DNA from: Lama glama
Taxonomy: Eukaryota
Direction of reading: 5' to 3'
NCBI GenBank assembly: GCA_028534125.1
Contig: CM052837.1
Coordinates: forward strand, 17,918,001-17,982,000
DNA: 64,000 bases
Position 1 is the stretch's first letter; each line of letters opens with the position of its first letter. The notes beneath the pieces were generated by a model, which saw only the letters and a program-made list of their open reading frames with translations, was not told the DNA's origin and did no database searches. Made by a program: the position numbers and the translations under genes. Below, one piece after another: positions 12,847 to 27,405 of the stretch.

Positions 12847-15800
12847 TCTAGTAGATTTTTAATCTGATTGAAGTAAATGTGTAAGAGTGTCTGCTGTGTT
12901 TACCAGCTATTATTACATAGGTTATGGTTCCCCTCACAGTAACCCTGTATTACAAGTGTTACCCCCAGGGACAGATGAAGAAAACCATAGTCACACAACA
13001 AATAAGTGATAGAGCATCCTTCACATCAAGTTCTCCTTCTTTCACCTAAACATTCTTCCCCCTTAGAGCCCTGAGAGTTTCCCTTCTTTCCAGTTGCTTG
13101 TGGGTAGCCCTTCCCCTCACATAACTGCATTTTTCTTCTCATATTTATACTTCTTCTATTTATTGTTCCTTTGTCAACCTCAAAGTAATTTTTTAAAAAC
13201 TGTAAAGAAAAAGCAGTTTATAATTTGTAAATACCCTCATTTGTGAGCAATTTATTATGCAGGATTCTTCTCAGGTAGCGCTTGTCTGGGATGTTTATGT
13301 TTGTCTTTAGTATTACTTCTTTTAGTGCTACAGAATAATTCTACTCTTTAGTTTCATGTTTGATTCTTCAAATTTCTATGTGGGAAAAAATAGCACTCCT
13401 CTCACATGGAGAACTTTTTATTATTTTGTTCTCTTTTTTTGGTTTTCTATTTGCATGACATCCTTAGCAAATTATATACAATGAAGAGGTAAAATCATTA
13501 TCCTGACATGGTTTTCCATGTTTCCTCCTCTTCTTTAGCTCAAGTTGTTTGGCTTTATCTTTATGTAGTCAGGCTTTGAAGCATCAGCGATTTTGAAAAT
13601 GCATATGGCCATATTTCCCTATTTTCCAAATATTTAAAATAACGAAAGCACAGACTCATAGAGTAAATTATCAGTTACTTTGTACCTTAGAGTCTATATT
13701 TTGAATCAAGTTGAACCTTTTGGATAAAACTTAGAGTTATTTTAATTTTCTAGGACTGTATTCATCTCTTTGATGGTTGGAGCTGTAGTGTTTATGGGCA
13801 CAAGTCACACTTAAGAAAAAGAAATTTCTTCTCCTTGAACTTTATCTAAGGTTCTCTGGAATTGAAAAGAGCTTAAAATATGGTTCTTTCAAGGGATTCA
13901 ACTAAATGTTTTATAAAACATCAGTTTTATAAAAATTCAGAAATGAAGTCACTGTAAATATGATGACATTAAGGCATGCATTGGCCACCAAGCAGGGTTA
14001 AAATGCTTGTTATGGAGTGTACTTCTTATCCACCATCTGAGCAGCTGCTGAATTTGTCAGGTTATAAAGCAGGCTAGAGCTTTCACACCATGATGTGCAT
14101 TCCTGCCACTCAGCTTCCAATAAATATACCACCTTATATTGTACTTGATATTTTTGCAGCTCTTAATTCTTGGATCATTCTGTGCAATGTCTCTGAAGTC
14201 ACATGGATTGTTGATAGTATACCCATTTTCCATGAGGAGCAAATGCTAATATTAACTTGGACATAGGCATGAGGCTAGTTATGAAATCAGGACTTGACAC
14301 TAGTCTTCATAGTTTTCTAATCATCATTGTTGTTTCTTGAGTACCTTCTTTAAGGTATTAGGTATTATCTATAATCCTCACATCTTTCCTACCAGGTAGG
14401 TCTTACTATCTCTCATTTTACATATGTTGAAAATGAGGCCCAGAAAGGTGAAGTGATTTGGTAAAAGTCACGTGGGTTGTTAGTAATAGAATGAGGATTC
14501 ACACCAAACCTCTCAGTCTCTGTATGCATGCTTTTCCTACTAGACAGTGTTGTTGCTTGAAACATGAGGAATAACACTAGTGTTGCAGGTTTGTGAGTAG
14601 TGATGTGAATAAGAGATGAGTAGTTTTTATCTGTAAACAGTGCTCTGGAGCCTGGATTTTGCCCAATATCCAAGCTTTCAGTTGGAATGTAATTCAGTGT
14701 TCATTCTGCAGTTGGGCTGCTCTGAGTTTTTCACTCTGCCAAGTGCTGAGTGTTAAAACACGTCTCACTGTTAAGCCCTCCTCAGGCCTTTGGCGCCCTT
14801 GCTGTAAAGGCAGGTGGTCTGAAGAAAGGCTCCCTCCAGGTTGTTGCACACTGTATACAACACATAACAGTGTGAGACAACTGTCAGTTCCTTCCTTCCT
14901 TTCTCCCCTCACCCTGCAGAAAGCTGGGCCCCAGATGGAAGAGCTGGAAACAAGTCAACTGTTCTTTGAAGGGCATTGAGAAAGCACTGTCAAGAAAAAA
15001 AAGGCAAACGCAATAGCTAATTAGTCCACTAATCAGACAGGGCGACCATCAATTTTACAAAGAAAATGTCCTGGACCAGAGAGATGGGAAGGGCTAGCAG
15101 AGTGTTGCCCCCATGACTCTCAGAGAGCTGCATGTTTTTGTCAGGGGATTTGTAACTTGGGGGCACTGCTTCCTTGACTGACTTTCTGTATTCATTATAT
15201 CTCTTCCCCAAATGTGACCACTGCAAACTGAATGAAGCATACAAATAGTATTTGGGGATATTTTCCTCATTAGAAGGTGCCCTTGAATGTGCAAAGATGT
15301 GCCTTGTTGCCAGCGTCAGGAATGCTTTTATATGTATTCTGTTTATCGCTGTGATCTTAGTGAAAGAAAACTTTGCTTTAACATTCTCATTTGAACCTTT
15401 GGGCTCCATGTCTTGTACTTTAAATCGAAATCAGCAGCTATTGGAGAATAAATACATGGTACTTAAGTGAAAAGTTTGGAATATAGACGAATATAGCTCA
15501 ATTTAAAGGTGATTATGGTAGCCCTGGCCCTATGATTAACCAAGAAGGTAATAAGTTCCCTTTATTGGGAAAAAATAACTTTTTGAAGATATTGGAATAT
15601 TATTCTTCATTTTCATGTCTTACCCATATTAGCTCAGACCTAATTTTAATGTCATTAAATTTAATCTATCTATTCTCTCTGGAATTTGTTGCTATCTAGT
15701 GTTAAAAAACTGCTTGTTATGAATTGTCCCCATAGATGAAGGATGAAGTACCCTGTGCTTTAGTTTAGAATAAGCTCTCATTTCTTTCTGTTTTTGGTTT

Positions 15801-16179
15801 TTTTTTTTTTAACAAGATAAAATTTAATGAAAATTGGTCAGTGTACTTTTCCTCTTTTTGGACACTATACATCATAAATGACGTTCCTGCTATCAGAGAT
15901 ACTGACTTCACTTCTTTTTTATTACTTAGAATTATTGATTTATATACACATTTGTTATTTCATCATTTATAGTAATTTATATACAGCTGATTTTCCATGC
16001 CGTGCACTTGATGCTCAGTAATCTGGACAGTACCACATTAGCCTTCTCCCTACTCCCCCACTACTTTAATTAATTTATAGGAAGTAAAGAAAGAATGCAG
16101 TTGAGGTAAGCTGGATTTATAACCTAATTTCTTCCTTTCTCAACCACTGTCCTCACTATTAACTCCTGAACATGCTGCC

Positions 16180-16665
16180 TTGTTAGTTTCCTAGGATTGC
16201 CTTAACAAAGTGCCCTAGACTGGGTGGCTTCAGACAATACTATTCTCTCACAGTTCAAGGTATCATCAGGGTTAATTACTTCTTGGGGCCTCAGTGGAGC
16301 AATCTGTTCTATACCTGTCTCCTAGTTTTAGGTGGTTGCTGACAATCCTTGATATTCCTTGGCTTATAGATGGCACCACTCCAGTCTTTGCCTCTGTTGT
16401 CACATGGTGTTCACTGTGTGAGGCTATGTATGTCTTCACGTAGTCTTCCTCTGGGTATATGTCTCTGTGTCTTTTCTCCTCTTCTTATAAGAATATCTTT
16501 TATATTAGATTTAGAAACCACCTAGATAATCCAGGATGATCTCATCCTCTCAAGTTCTTTAACTTAATTACATCTTCAAGGACCCATTTTCCAAATAAAG
16601 AAATATTCACAGTTTAAGGTATTAAGAGGTAAACATATTTTGGGGGCTACCATTTAGCCTATTAT
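16180..16665 (-). mobile_element. MaLR LTR (MLT1-type), ~120 bp upstream of exon 2
   Basis: ttagtttcctaggattgccttaacaaagtgcc..ctgggtggctt...ttaacttaattacatct...tttccaaataa. Confidence 0.8.
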
Positions 16666-16786
16666 ACTAAGTAAGCATCTTTTTAACTTCTCAATCCTCT
16701 AGGAAAATATATTGGTATTTCAAATTGTTGTCACTTTTTATTATCTTATAGAAAATTCTGATTCCCATTCCTTCCATTCTGTACAG

Positions 16787-16930
16787 TTGGTCCTGAGAAA
16801 AGGGTTCCAGCAATGCCTGGGTCGCCTGTGGAAGTGAAGATACAGTCAAGATCCTCACCTCCCACCATGCCACCTCTCCCACCAATAAATCCTGGAGGAC
16901 CCAGGCCAGTGTCATTCACTCCTACAGCAT
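16787..16930 (+). CDS. CBFA2T2: CBFA2T2 coding exon 2 (first exon in window; internal ATG at 16813)
   Basis: gtacAG|ttggt...gcat|GTaagt; encodes GPEKRVPAMPGSPVEVKIQSRSSPPTMPPLPPINPGGPRPVSFTPTA, matching MTGR1; 144 nt. Confidence 0.96.
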
Positions 16931-18480
16931 GTAAGTCCTCTTAATTACTTGGGCTTGTGGTTCAGAGTGACTTTGGATCTAAGTGAATGCCATTAAGCCT
17001 TCTACATATATTACTCAACATTTTCAAAATAGCTATTAAGATAGATATTTATATACATACACACACATATCTAGTTCTTTCCTTTTATAAGTTGCTTTTT
17101 CCCTCTGAGAGTAGTACTTAGCTAATTTAGATATTTGGAAATTTAGTCTAAATATTTTGTTTTCATATGCTTTGGCTTGCAAGCAGCTATTTTAATTTCT
17201 TTGGCTCCAAAATAATTTTAAATTATTATATTGATTTATAGGAGTCAAAAAGTAAGTTTCATAAAATTATTGAACTACTACTGAATTTGAAAAAATCTTT
17301 AAAAGTTTGAAAAAAAGTTTTTAAAAGTTTTTAAAACTTTGCCAGCTAAGTTTTTAAAATTTTTGTTTGTGGCAGAGTTCATAAAAGCTTAATCTATGGT
17401 ATACACAGATGTGTAAGTGTTTATCAAGAAATAGACAGTCTTTCAAGGCAGTGCAAATATAGAAAGAAATAAGTATAATTTGGTAAGTGAAATAATGGGA
17501 GCATGTACATAGGCAGCACAGAGAAAAGTTATTAAATCTACTAGGAGAAGCAGAGTCTGTCAAAGAATGCTTCTTAGTACAGGTGATACGTTTTTAGACC
17601 CAGTTTTACTTAAATTTTTAAGCCTGAGTATGATTAAGCAAAAATCTATTAACACTTAGGCACTAGGTAATTTTATTTCATTGTTCAGCGAAGAAAGGGA
17701 TTTTTACTTAATACCTATAAGAACATAGCCCTAGAGTTGTGTTCCAAATTAAAACTACAAGAAATGAGTGTTTAGAACAATGGGAAAATAGGGAAACTGT
17801 AATTAATCACATATATTATAATTTGAGGAGAAATACAGGATGGAAGTGTCCCATATAATACCTTGAAAATGCTTTATTGAATGACCAAGAATTTGGCACT
17901 GTCAAGGCAGGGAGAAACTGATTTTGATGGACATGAATATTCTGAATGATCGAAGAGATACGTATCTCATAGCAGGAATAGATTCTTAAACCTATAGCCT
18001 AAAAAGCATTTCTCACATTAATAGAACTCTCTGCTTTCAGATTATCTTGTTCACATGCTATATTCTAATTAACACTTAGCTTCTTTGGTAACTTGAGGTT
18101 GAGAAGGAGCTGTTACATAAAAGATGGGCATGGAAATACTTACTCTCCCAGACTTATCTCATGGAGTACTCATTGCAGGAAGTCTTAAAACTACTTGCCC
18201 CTGCCCTTGGCATCTGTAGAGTTAGTTGTCCCTTCTCTGTGTTCTTTTAGCACTCATACTCTTCTTTTTTTTTTAACACTTCTGTGTTATTATGTTATAC
18301 CATTTTTTACCTGTCAGTCTGTCTCACTATGTAGCAGTCTTGTTGAGAATTGAAACAGTGTCATATACTCCTTTAACATGTGCTTTACAAAATTTAAATG
18401 AATAAATGAAGTAGAGTGCAGACAAGAAAAAATTAACAAAGATCCTTGTGTTTTGCACTTAAACCGAGTCTTTCTTTCAG

Positions 18481-18722
18481 TAAGCAATGGCATCAACCAT
18501 TCTCCTCCTACCTTGAACGGTGCCCCATCACCACCACAGAGATTCAGCAATGGTCCTGCCTCTTCCACATCATCTGCACTAACAAATCAACAATTGCCAG
18601 CCACTTGCGGTGCTCGGCAGCTCAGCAAGTTGAAACGCTTCCTCACCACTCTGCAGCAGTTTGGCAATGACATCTCACCTGAGATTGGGGAGAAGGTGCG
18701 GACTCTTGTTCTAGCACTGGTG
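18481..18722 (+). CDS. CBFA2T2: CBFA2T2 exon 3 (start of NHR1/TAFH)
   Basis: tttcAG|taagc...gtg|GTaagt; [13 protein letters not shown]...[37 protein letters not shown]; 242 nt. Confidence 0.97.
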
Positions 18723-19435
18723 GTAAGTACAGTATCACTATTGAAAGCTGCTTGAGTATGTGGCTCAGAACTGAAGCCAGCAAAGAAGTTGTACATACTC
18801 CTTCTCATTCCCAAACTTGTAGAAATGTGGCAAATTCTACAGTGTAGATTAGTTTAATTTGCATACTACTGTAGAATCATGGATTTCACTTGTGAATAAT
18901 GTTTATCAAAGAAACAAAATCTATAATGTTTACCTTATTGATTCTCATGGTATTGATTTAATTCCAGTAAGCATCCTTGTCTTAAAACTGAGTTTCAAAA
19001 AGCCCACAGAGGTGCAAGTAAGTTAATGCAAGGTTTTGTTACTTAATATATTCAGTGCCTGGTGCATTGTTTCCAAACCAGAGAGAAAAGAGAAATGGTT
19101 TAATTTTCGAAATAATAATTTATAAAATTACAAGTTTTGTCATCTGAATAAATAGTATCAAAGGGATTACATTCTTTAGCTTCTCATGCAAATATAATTT
19201 CTTTAGGATTTTCAAGGTACACATAATTTTTCTTTCTATATTAATTGTGGTAAACCCATAGTATGAGAGTGATTTTCTGACATTGACACCTGGGTAGGGT
19301 TTGACTCTCAGTATATGGGAGCTATCAGTTTTTAATGTTTGTAAATTGAATTCCTGAAACATTACCTAAACTAAAAGCATACTGTGCTCCTAGCGTATGT
19401 GATAAAGATGAATCACAGCACTAAACTTTCACCTT

Positions 19436-19854
19436 GCAGTTCTCAAAGTATAATGAGGGACCCTGGGGTTCCTCAAGGCCCTTTCAGGAAGTCCAGGAGG
19501 TCAGAATTCTTTCCATAATAATACTAAGATGTTACTTGCCTTTTCAGTCTTATTTTCTCGTGAGTATACAGTGGAATTTTCTAGAGGCTACATAACATAG
19601 GATGTTGCAATGCAGAAGCAGATAGGAGAACCCAGCTGCTTTTTATTTAGCTAGATATCAAAGAGATTTGCAAAACTGTACAAACACTGCCATTCTCCTT
19701 ACTATATTTTAGGGGAAAATATAGTTATTTTGAAATTGACTAGTAATAAATATTTTTTAAATTCTCAGCTTTAATTTCTGAGCTAGTGATTATCACCAGA
19801 TGTAACCTACATAAATTAGAAGGATCCTGAGACTAAAAAGTTTACTAACTGCTG
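19436..19854 (+). mobile_element. Charlie1b-like hAT element
   Basis: cagttctcaaagt...gcagaagcagataggagaacccagctg...aaagagatttgcaaaa...tcctgagactaaaaagttt..ctgctg; related fragments on - at ~1495-1790 and ~3880-4145. Confidence 0.7.
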
Positions 19855-20059
19855 TTTTAAAAGATTACTTAGTATTGTGTGGAAGAAGCCACTTTCATAC
19901 AAGACAAGATGCAATAAGTGACTTCATCATTTAAGATTCTGTCCCTGTTGTTTTATATAGCTATAGGTGGTTTATTTTAATTGCTCTGTAATATTTTATT
20001 ATAAGAATATACCACAATTTATACTTTTTGATGGTCATTTGAGTTGTTTACATTTTGAG

Positions 20060-20530
20060 GCAGAATCAGGGAACCCCAACACCACTGCCATTTTTTGAGA
20101 TTGCTACAATTCTCAGGACTTGGCACTATAGTTGTGCTTACAGCTAAGATTTAATAGAGAGGTGTAATAAAGATACACAGCTAGATCAGAAAGGAGAGAG
20201 ACAAAGTTAGGATCTGGAAGAATCCACGTGTAGGCTTCCTTATGCTCTTTCCCCTCTATGAATGATCACGCAGAGTGCACTCTTTCCCCCGCAGTGAAAA
20301 TATAGCAACATATGTGTGATGTTTCTGCCCAGGGAACCATGTTGGAGACTCAGTGCCCAAGATTTTTACTGGGGTCTGGTCACATAAACACTCTTTGCCT
20401 AGTACCTCCTGAAATTCCCAACTCCTAGAAGGAAAATCAGTGTTTAGCATAAATGAGTTTGCAAAAACAGCACCTTCATCTGTTAGGGAAAGTTTTTCGT
20501 TTTTATTTTGGGAAGGGGTGGGGAACTGTT
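20060..20530. mobile_element. LTR fragment (MER21-like)
   Basis: ctcaggacttggca..tatagttgtgcttacagctaagattt...gagactcagtgcccaagatttttactggggtctggtcacata. Confidence 0.55.
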
Positions 20531-21643
20531 TACTGGTCAAATTTTAGACTACTGTGGAAAACTTTTACTGGATCTAGACTAATAAAATTGGCTTTAAATA
20601 TCACAATGAGTTGGAACATAATTGGAAACAAAGTAGACATCAGAATGTTATGCCAGTTCCAGCAGCAAATTACTTTAAGTAGAATCTGCTTCATCTCAAG
20701 AGTTAAAAAAAAAAAAAGTGGCAGAAACACATTTCAAAAAAAAGTCTTTTTCTAGCTGTGAAAGTATATATAGATGTTAGCCAGTTGTCCCTTTTAAATG
20801 GCTATGCTTATGTTAACATTTCTTTTTTTTTTTCCCCCAAATTTTTAAAATTGTNNNNNNNNNNNNNNNNNNNNNNNNNNNNNNNNNNNNNNNNNNNNNN
20901 NNNNNNNNNNNNNNNNNNNNNNNNNNNNNNNNNNNNNNNNNNNNNNNNNNNNNNNNNNNNNNNNNNNNNNNNNNNNNNNNNNNNNNNNNNNNNNNNNNNN
21001 NNNNNNNNNNNNNNNNNNNNNNNNNNCCCTGTTGCTACCTTTCCCCAGCTTCTGTCAACCACCGTTCTACTTGAATACTCTAGGTACTTCATGTTAGTGG
21101 AATCACACAGCATGTGTCTTTTTGTGTCTGATTTATTTCACTTAGCACAAGGTCCTCAAGGCTCATCCATGTCGTAGCATGTGTCACAATTTTCTACCTT
21201 TTTTTCCCCTCCCTCGAACACTTCTGCCATTTTAAGGATGAATACTATTTCATTTACACACACACACACACACCATTTTGCTTATCTATTCATCTGTTAA
21301 TGGACTCTTGGTGCATTTACCTTTCCAGTTAGGGAAAGTTTAAATCAGTGCAGAAAATTGTCAGTTGACTTTTTAGACACCAGTCAACGGCCCAACCATG
21401 TATGCAGGCTTTTCTAGACTAGCTGTGAATGCTTCTCTATACTGGGGCCATTGCAAATAATGTTGCTCTGAGCACTTTTATACACAGTACATGTGTGCAA
21501 GCATTGCACTGAACAGTGGAATTGTGATTTCATTGGTGTGTGTATGTGTGTCTGTGTGTATATTTAGTACATGGGCAAATGGTTTTCCCAAGTGTTATAC
21601 CAATGTATACTCCCACATACTGGGATTTTCATTAAGATCAGCA

Positions 21644-21958
21644 TCTTAGTCTTTTCAGACTCATATAACAGAATACCAACAGGGTGGCTTATAAATAACA
21701 AATATTAAGCTCTCACAGTTCTGAAGGCTGATAAGTCCAGGATCAAGATGCCAGCAGATTCAGTGTCTGTTGAGAACTCACTTCCTGGTTCATAGATGGC
21801 CATCTCAGCGTGTCCTCACAGGGCAGAAGAGGCAAGGAAGCTCTCTGCTCTCATGACCTAGTACCTCCCAAAGGCCTTACTTCCAAATATCAATATATTG
21901 GAAATGAGGTTTTTACATATGAATTTTGAGGAGTAACAAAAACATACAGTCTATAGCA
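21644..21958 (-). mobile_element. MaLR LTR (MLT1A-like)
   Basis: ggtggcttataaataaca...aagtccaggatcaagatgccagcagattcagtgtctg...cagtctatagca. Confidence 0.8.
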
Positions 21959-22724
21959 ATTGATATTGAAACTATAAATATATTTGGAGACAGTGCAGGA
22001 AAAAAATGAAGATTTAGCAAACCAATTATAGCAGAAACTTCCTTAATCTGATGACAGTTGTATTTATAAATGCAAAATCTATAGCAAGCCTCATGCTTAA
22101 TAGTGAAATTTCAAAAGCTTACCCTCTATATCAGGAACCAGATAAGGATGTCTTTTCAGTTTGATCCTGAACATTATAGCCTAGTAAATGAAATACAAGG
22201 ATCGGAGAAGGATCAGTAAAACTGCCATTATTCATAGATAAAATGATTGTCTTATGTGTATTAGGTTTGATCTTAGCACTCTGTTCTCTTTCTCTTCTTT
22301 CCGCCTTCCTTCCCTTCCTTCCTCTTCCTCCCTTCCTCCCTCCTTTCATCTTGTTGATTGTTTAGATTGTTTTATTTTCCTATTTATGATAACCTTATTT
22401 GGTCTTATATTTATGAAAGGAATAGTTAAAACAGTCATTCCATGTGGAAGAGGCTTCATTAGCAAAGAAAAGACCACACAGTTAGGTAGCTGGAGTTTAG
22501 TTCACCTGTGTGCATTTCGTGTTTTTGGTGTATAAGAGGTAAAGTATCTCTCCTTGAAATTTCATACTATGAAAATAATAAAAAGTGTACACCAAGACTA
22601 TCAGTTCAACATTATTTATAATGCCAAAAAAAAAAAAAACTGAATCAGCTAAATGTCCTTTAAAGCTTGAGTAAATGACAGTACATTGGTTTAATGGAAT
22701 ATGATATAGTCATTAAATATCAAG

Positions 22725-24545
22725 TCTGATTCAGAGGTGTAACAGCAAGGTACACGTCTTCCTTTTCTTCCTGAAAAATACAGGAAAAAACAATGGATGT
22801 TATATATAAAACAAAAATAAGAAGACTCAAAAATGGAGAGAAAAGGGCAGGTTGATTAGTGACCTTGAGACACAAGGAAGTACATAGCAGTGAGCTCCCT
22901 TGGTTTTGTGCTTTCATCATATATCCTGTACTGTGATCTAGAGAAATTAGTAACCTGGAAATACTAATAAGCACCCCCCCCCAAAAAGGCGTCTTTTTAG
23001 CTGAAGGACTAGGAAAGGAGCAATCAAGCAAAACAGAAAACTTTTAGACACAGACCACCCTATTGCAACCAAATACCTCAGAAAAAAAATGAAATAATGG
23101 GCACCCTTCCTCCTCCCATCAGAGGCTTAGTGGGAAGCCTGAGCTCTCACCCCTCCCCAGCAGTAATGAACCCCTCCTTCCCTCTTTATATCAGCAGATA
23201 TAGGGGAGCCTAGTATCATACCCTATCTGAGAATCAAAGTTCTTCTCTTCCCAATGGCACCATGTGGAGAATGCCTCAGTAACAGAAGACATAGATAAGA
23301 TCTGGAGTCTTAACACAGAACCCAAAATGTCCAGGATACGATGGAACATCACTTATCATACCAAGAACTGACCATGTTGAGTGGAATGAGAAAAGGTAAC
23401 TAACAGACATCACTGAACTGACCCAGATGTTTGAATTATGTGACAGGGGTTTTGAAGGAGCCATCATAAAACTGCTTCAGTGAGCAGTTATCAGCACAGA
23501 TGAAGAAATATAGTAATGAAGTTAAAAACTCAGTGACAGAATCAGCAATAGACTGGAGAGGACAGAGGACAGAGGACGGATCAGTGAACTTGAAGGCAGA
23601 ATGATAGAAAAAACTACCCAATCTTAACAACATAGAGAAAATGAGAGAAAAACATGAACGGAACATCAGGGATTTGAAAGATTATAGCAGAAGACCGAAG
23701 TCACAGTAGAAGAGTATGGGGCTAAAATGATGGCTGAAAATTTCCAGAATTTGGCAAAAGACCCAAACCTACAGATTCATAAAAGCTGAGCAGACCTCAA
23801 ATAAGACCCACTCCCTCACAAAAGGACAAAAAATATTGAAAGCAGCAAAAGAAACATCTTACTCCTAAGGGGTTAATTCTGGTGACAGTAGATTTCTCAT
23901 CAGTATCCATGGAGGCCAGAAGGAAGTGGCATATTTTTCAAGTGCGGGGAGAAAAGACTGTCAACCCAGAATTTTATATCTATCAAAAATACCCTTCTGG
24001 AATAAAGGGTATAGAAGGATCAAAATATTCTCAGATGAAATAAAACTAAGAGAATTTATCTCCAGCAGACATACTCTGAAAGAATGTCTAAAGGGAGTTC
24101 TTGAAACAGAAAGGAATGACAAAAGAAAGAACCATGAAATAATAAGATAGATGGAAGAAAAATAGAAAGAGTAAAAATATAGATAAATACAATAGACTTT
24201 GCTTCTTGAGTTTTCTAAATTATATTTGGTCGTTGAAGCAAAAATTATAACATTGTAATGGTTGTCAGTATATATTTAAGACAATTATAAACTGGGAAAG
24301 ATAAAGGCAGATAAGGTTTCTACACTTCTGTATCTTGATTGCAATTATGATTACATGGATGTACACATGCCATAAAATAGGCATAGAACTATACACACAT
24401 TTTACCAATGTAGGTTTCCTAGTTTTGATATTGCACTATAGTTATACAAAATGTAAACATTGGGGGAACCTTGGTGCAGGATACAGAGGAACCTATCTGT
24501 GCTATTTTTGCAACTTCCTATGATTATCTCAAAATTTTAAAAAAT
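22725..24545 (+). mobile_element. Ancient L1 (or HAL1)-type fragment with ORF1 remnant
   Basis: ORF 23926 CQPRILYLSKIPFWNKG..IKIFSDEIKLREFISSRHTLKECLKGVL matches the L1 ORF1 C-terminal domain; A-rich strand. Confidence 0.7.
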
Positions 24546-26540
24546 AAACTTTGAGTTTGGTGGCCTGTCTATACACATTGTCTTCTAAAACCACTATAGG
24601 TGTTGCCCCTGGGATCCAGGGAACAGATTCCTTTAATATTTTGCATTCTCACATTCTCTTTTCCTCAGAAGCATCTTTCTCAAGGCTGCACTTTGAGTTC
24701 TTCAGATGACACTTCTGTTAAGCCTTCCTTTTCCCCCTAAGTCTGATTCAAACATGTCTTCTCTGCATGCCAGTGGTGTCCAGCACACATGTACTGCGAT
24801 CATACTGTAATGAGTAGCTTACTTGTCAGTTTTCCCACTAGACTGTGAGTTCTTAGGAAACAAACAACTATACTCTTTTTTATTAAATAATTGAACAAGA
24901 GGGAAGGATAACAGAACAGTGGTTTATCTTCCCTCTTAGAGAGAGGATTGCCGTGCATCTGTAGTATATATAGCCCTGAGTTGGTTTCTCTGGCTTAAAT
25001 CATTATTTCTCTGTGCCACACAGGTCATCTTTTCTCTTCTTTGTCCATCCAGAAGAAATTAGTCATTCATAGTCTTCTTATAGATCTAATCTATTTGTAT
25101 TTACTGTTTGAGGCCTAAGTGCATTCATTGTAATAGGGAAGGAATATCATTCTCTTATACTTAATTTTTATTCCTGATTGTCCGTAGATTTGGTTGCACT
25201 GTATACATGTCATGTATTTAAAACAAGCACTCAAGGTTTAAAAGAATTTTCTTTGTTATGAAATGAAGTAAACTGTTCAAAAATTTTCATTTAACACGGT
25301 TAAATTTGATAAACCCTTTTTTCCTAAAGGGAAATATTTTAGTTTTTACTGAATGTTAATATGAAATATTTGGAACAACCCAACATTATTTCACATCCAG
25401 AAGTAACTGCTATTGTAACTGTCCTTCCAGACACTTAAAATACTATATAAATATGTGTTATTTTCATGAATGGATTATTGAAAAATACACTGCTGTTTCT
25501 GATTTTTCACTTAGTATATTACAGACACCTTTCCTCACTAATGCATACAAATCTGTCCCCCCTTCCCTTAAGTGTTCTGATGTATGATGTATTAAAATTT
25601 TTAATGCAGTTTCCTGTTGGACTTACATGTTTTCAAACATTTCTTCTGTTAAGAAGCAATATTGTGCTGATGAATAATTTGTGTGGTACATGTTACATCT
25701 TTGAACACTTGATGATTTTATTAAAAAAATTCTAGAACTGGCCATTCTTTCAGGTAAGCAGGAATTCAGATTTATGCTCAGTTTTGTTTTTAACTTATTA
25801 TTATACTATGTTTTAGGGAATTGAAATAAAAATATTTTGTGAACTTTGACGAAAATACTTGTATTGGTATTCTCCTTAGTAGAGGAGTGGAGAAACCTAG
25901 TTTAAAGGAAGACTTGAAAAAATACAGAGGAAGTGCTAATACTTTTCCTGGTAATACCAAAATCTTACCAGTAGAAGTCTTCCCATTTGGAGGTGCTTGA
26001 TTTGCAAACAAACCATTTGAGGGTAGAAGAGACCTTTTTTTTTTTTTTTCACTTCCAACTTAGATGTGAGGAACTGATTCTAGGAGGTAGGCAGTAGAAG
26101 AAATGAACTTCTGAAGAAATGAGGCTCTGAGTTGTTGAGTCTTTCAGTTAATATCCTGTACTGATTTGGGATCTCTTCAACTGGAAACATTGCAAGCTTG
26201 GTTACCTCTACTGGAGCTGACTTGTGATGGACCCTCTCATTACAGGGAATCTGAGTGCCTCTCTTCATGAGAGGAAAGCAGTGCCGCATTCTGCAGCCCA
26301 GACTGCTGAGCGTGGAGGGGAATTTATTAGATTTGGGGTAATAGAGAAGAAAATCAAGGAGGCTGAATTTCTTTCATAAAGGAAACAATTTGGTTAACCT
26401 TTGAGAGGGATCTGAGTTCACAGTAGCACTCTTGGAATTATCCTTTTCCTTTTAATTTCAAAGGGTTCAGCACTATCAGATTTATGTTAGGAGGATAGTG
26501 TCCAGTTTAAGAAGTTGAATGATGTTATTTATCTTTTCAG

Positions 26541-26630
26541 AATTCAACAGTAACGATTGAAGAATTTCACTGCAAGCTCCAAGAGGCTACAAACTTTCCT
26601 CTTCGTCCTTTTGTTATTCCATTCCTCAAG
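26541..26630 (+). CDS. CBFA2T2: CBFA2T2 exon 4 (NHR1/TAFH)
   Basis: tttcAG|aattca...aag|GTaata; [30 protein letters not shown]; 90 nt. Confidence 0.97.
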
Positions 26631-27112
26631 GTAATATTTATGAGATAACTACTAAATGTAATTTATTTTCAACATTTCTCCAAGATCTGTTACTGACCCT
26701 TGTTCTGTGATCTAAATCAGGGCAGCTCGCCACATTTCCATATCTTTATTTTATTTGAAATACGAGTGCAGTTTGTGGATAAGCCTTATGCTTGATGAGA
26801 TGACAATTGCAAAAGCCTTGAGTTGTGGTCTGTATGCAGAGACTGCTGGTGACACACAGAAGGAGCAGTAAGGAGGGAACAGAGTAGGGTGGAGGTGTGT
26901 GCATGTCATGGAAGTTGGACTTTAGCAGAGGAAGTAACTGGACATAATCTTTTGATTGTGGCCAGGGAGTAAAGAATCTGTAATGTAATTTTGTGCTTGT
27001 CCAAAGATAACAAGTTTTTTTTTTTGCATTGCTATTGGTTATCCATAACTTGCAGAGTTGTAATAGCTCAAAGCTAATGAAAGACTAGAGTCAGACACAG
27101 TATATTCTAGCC

Positions 27113-27405
27113 CAGGCATAGTTTGGAAACCTATGACCCAAATCCAGCCTACCACATAGTTTTGCAAAGGCCCTGGAGAGAAGAATCATTTTTACAGATG
27201 AACACCTGTGATTGATTTAGTAATAAGGAACACTAACTTTGAATCCCAGTTAAGCTAAATGTTATCCTCAATCCACTCCGGACAGATGAATTCCATTCTT
27301 TTACTAGTAGTAGACTTGTTTAAAAAAAAAAACTTTCTCTCTTTTATTATGAGTATCACATAATATCTGCAACTTCGTCTCTTGATTTACAAGCCTAAAA
27401 TATCT
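27113..27405 (+). mobile_element. MER58-family hAT element
   Basis: ctatgacccaaatccagcct...agaatcatttttacagatgaaca...aagcctaaaatat. Confidence 0.6.

Noticed and set aside
13906-13921. Perfect 16-bp palindrome ATGTTTTATAAAACAT (also GAGATACGTATCTC near 17955)
   Set aside because: Short isolated palindromes are expected by chance in AT-rich sequence
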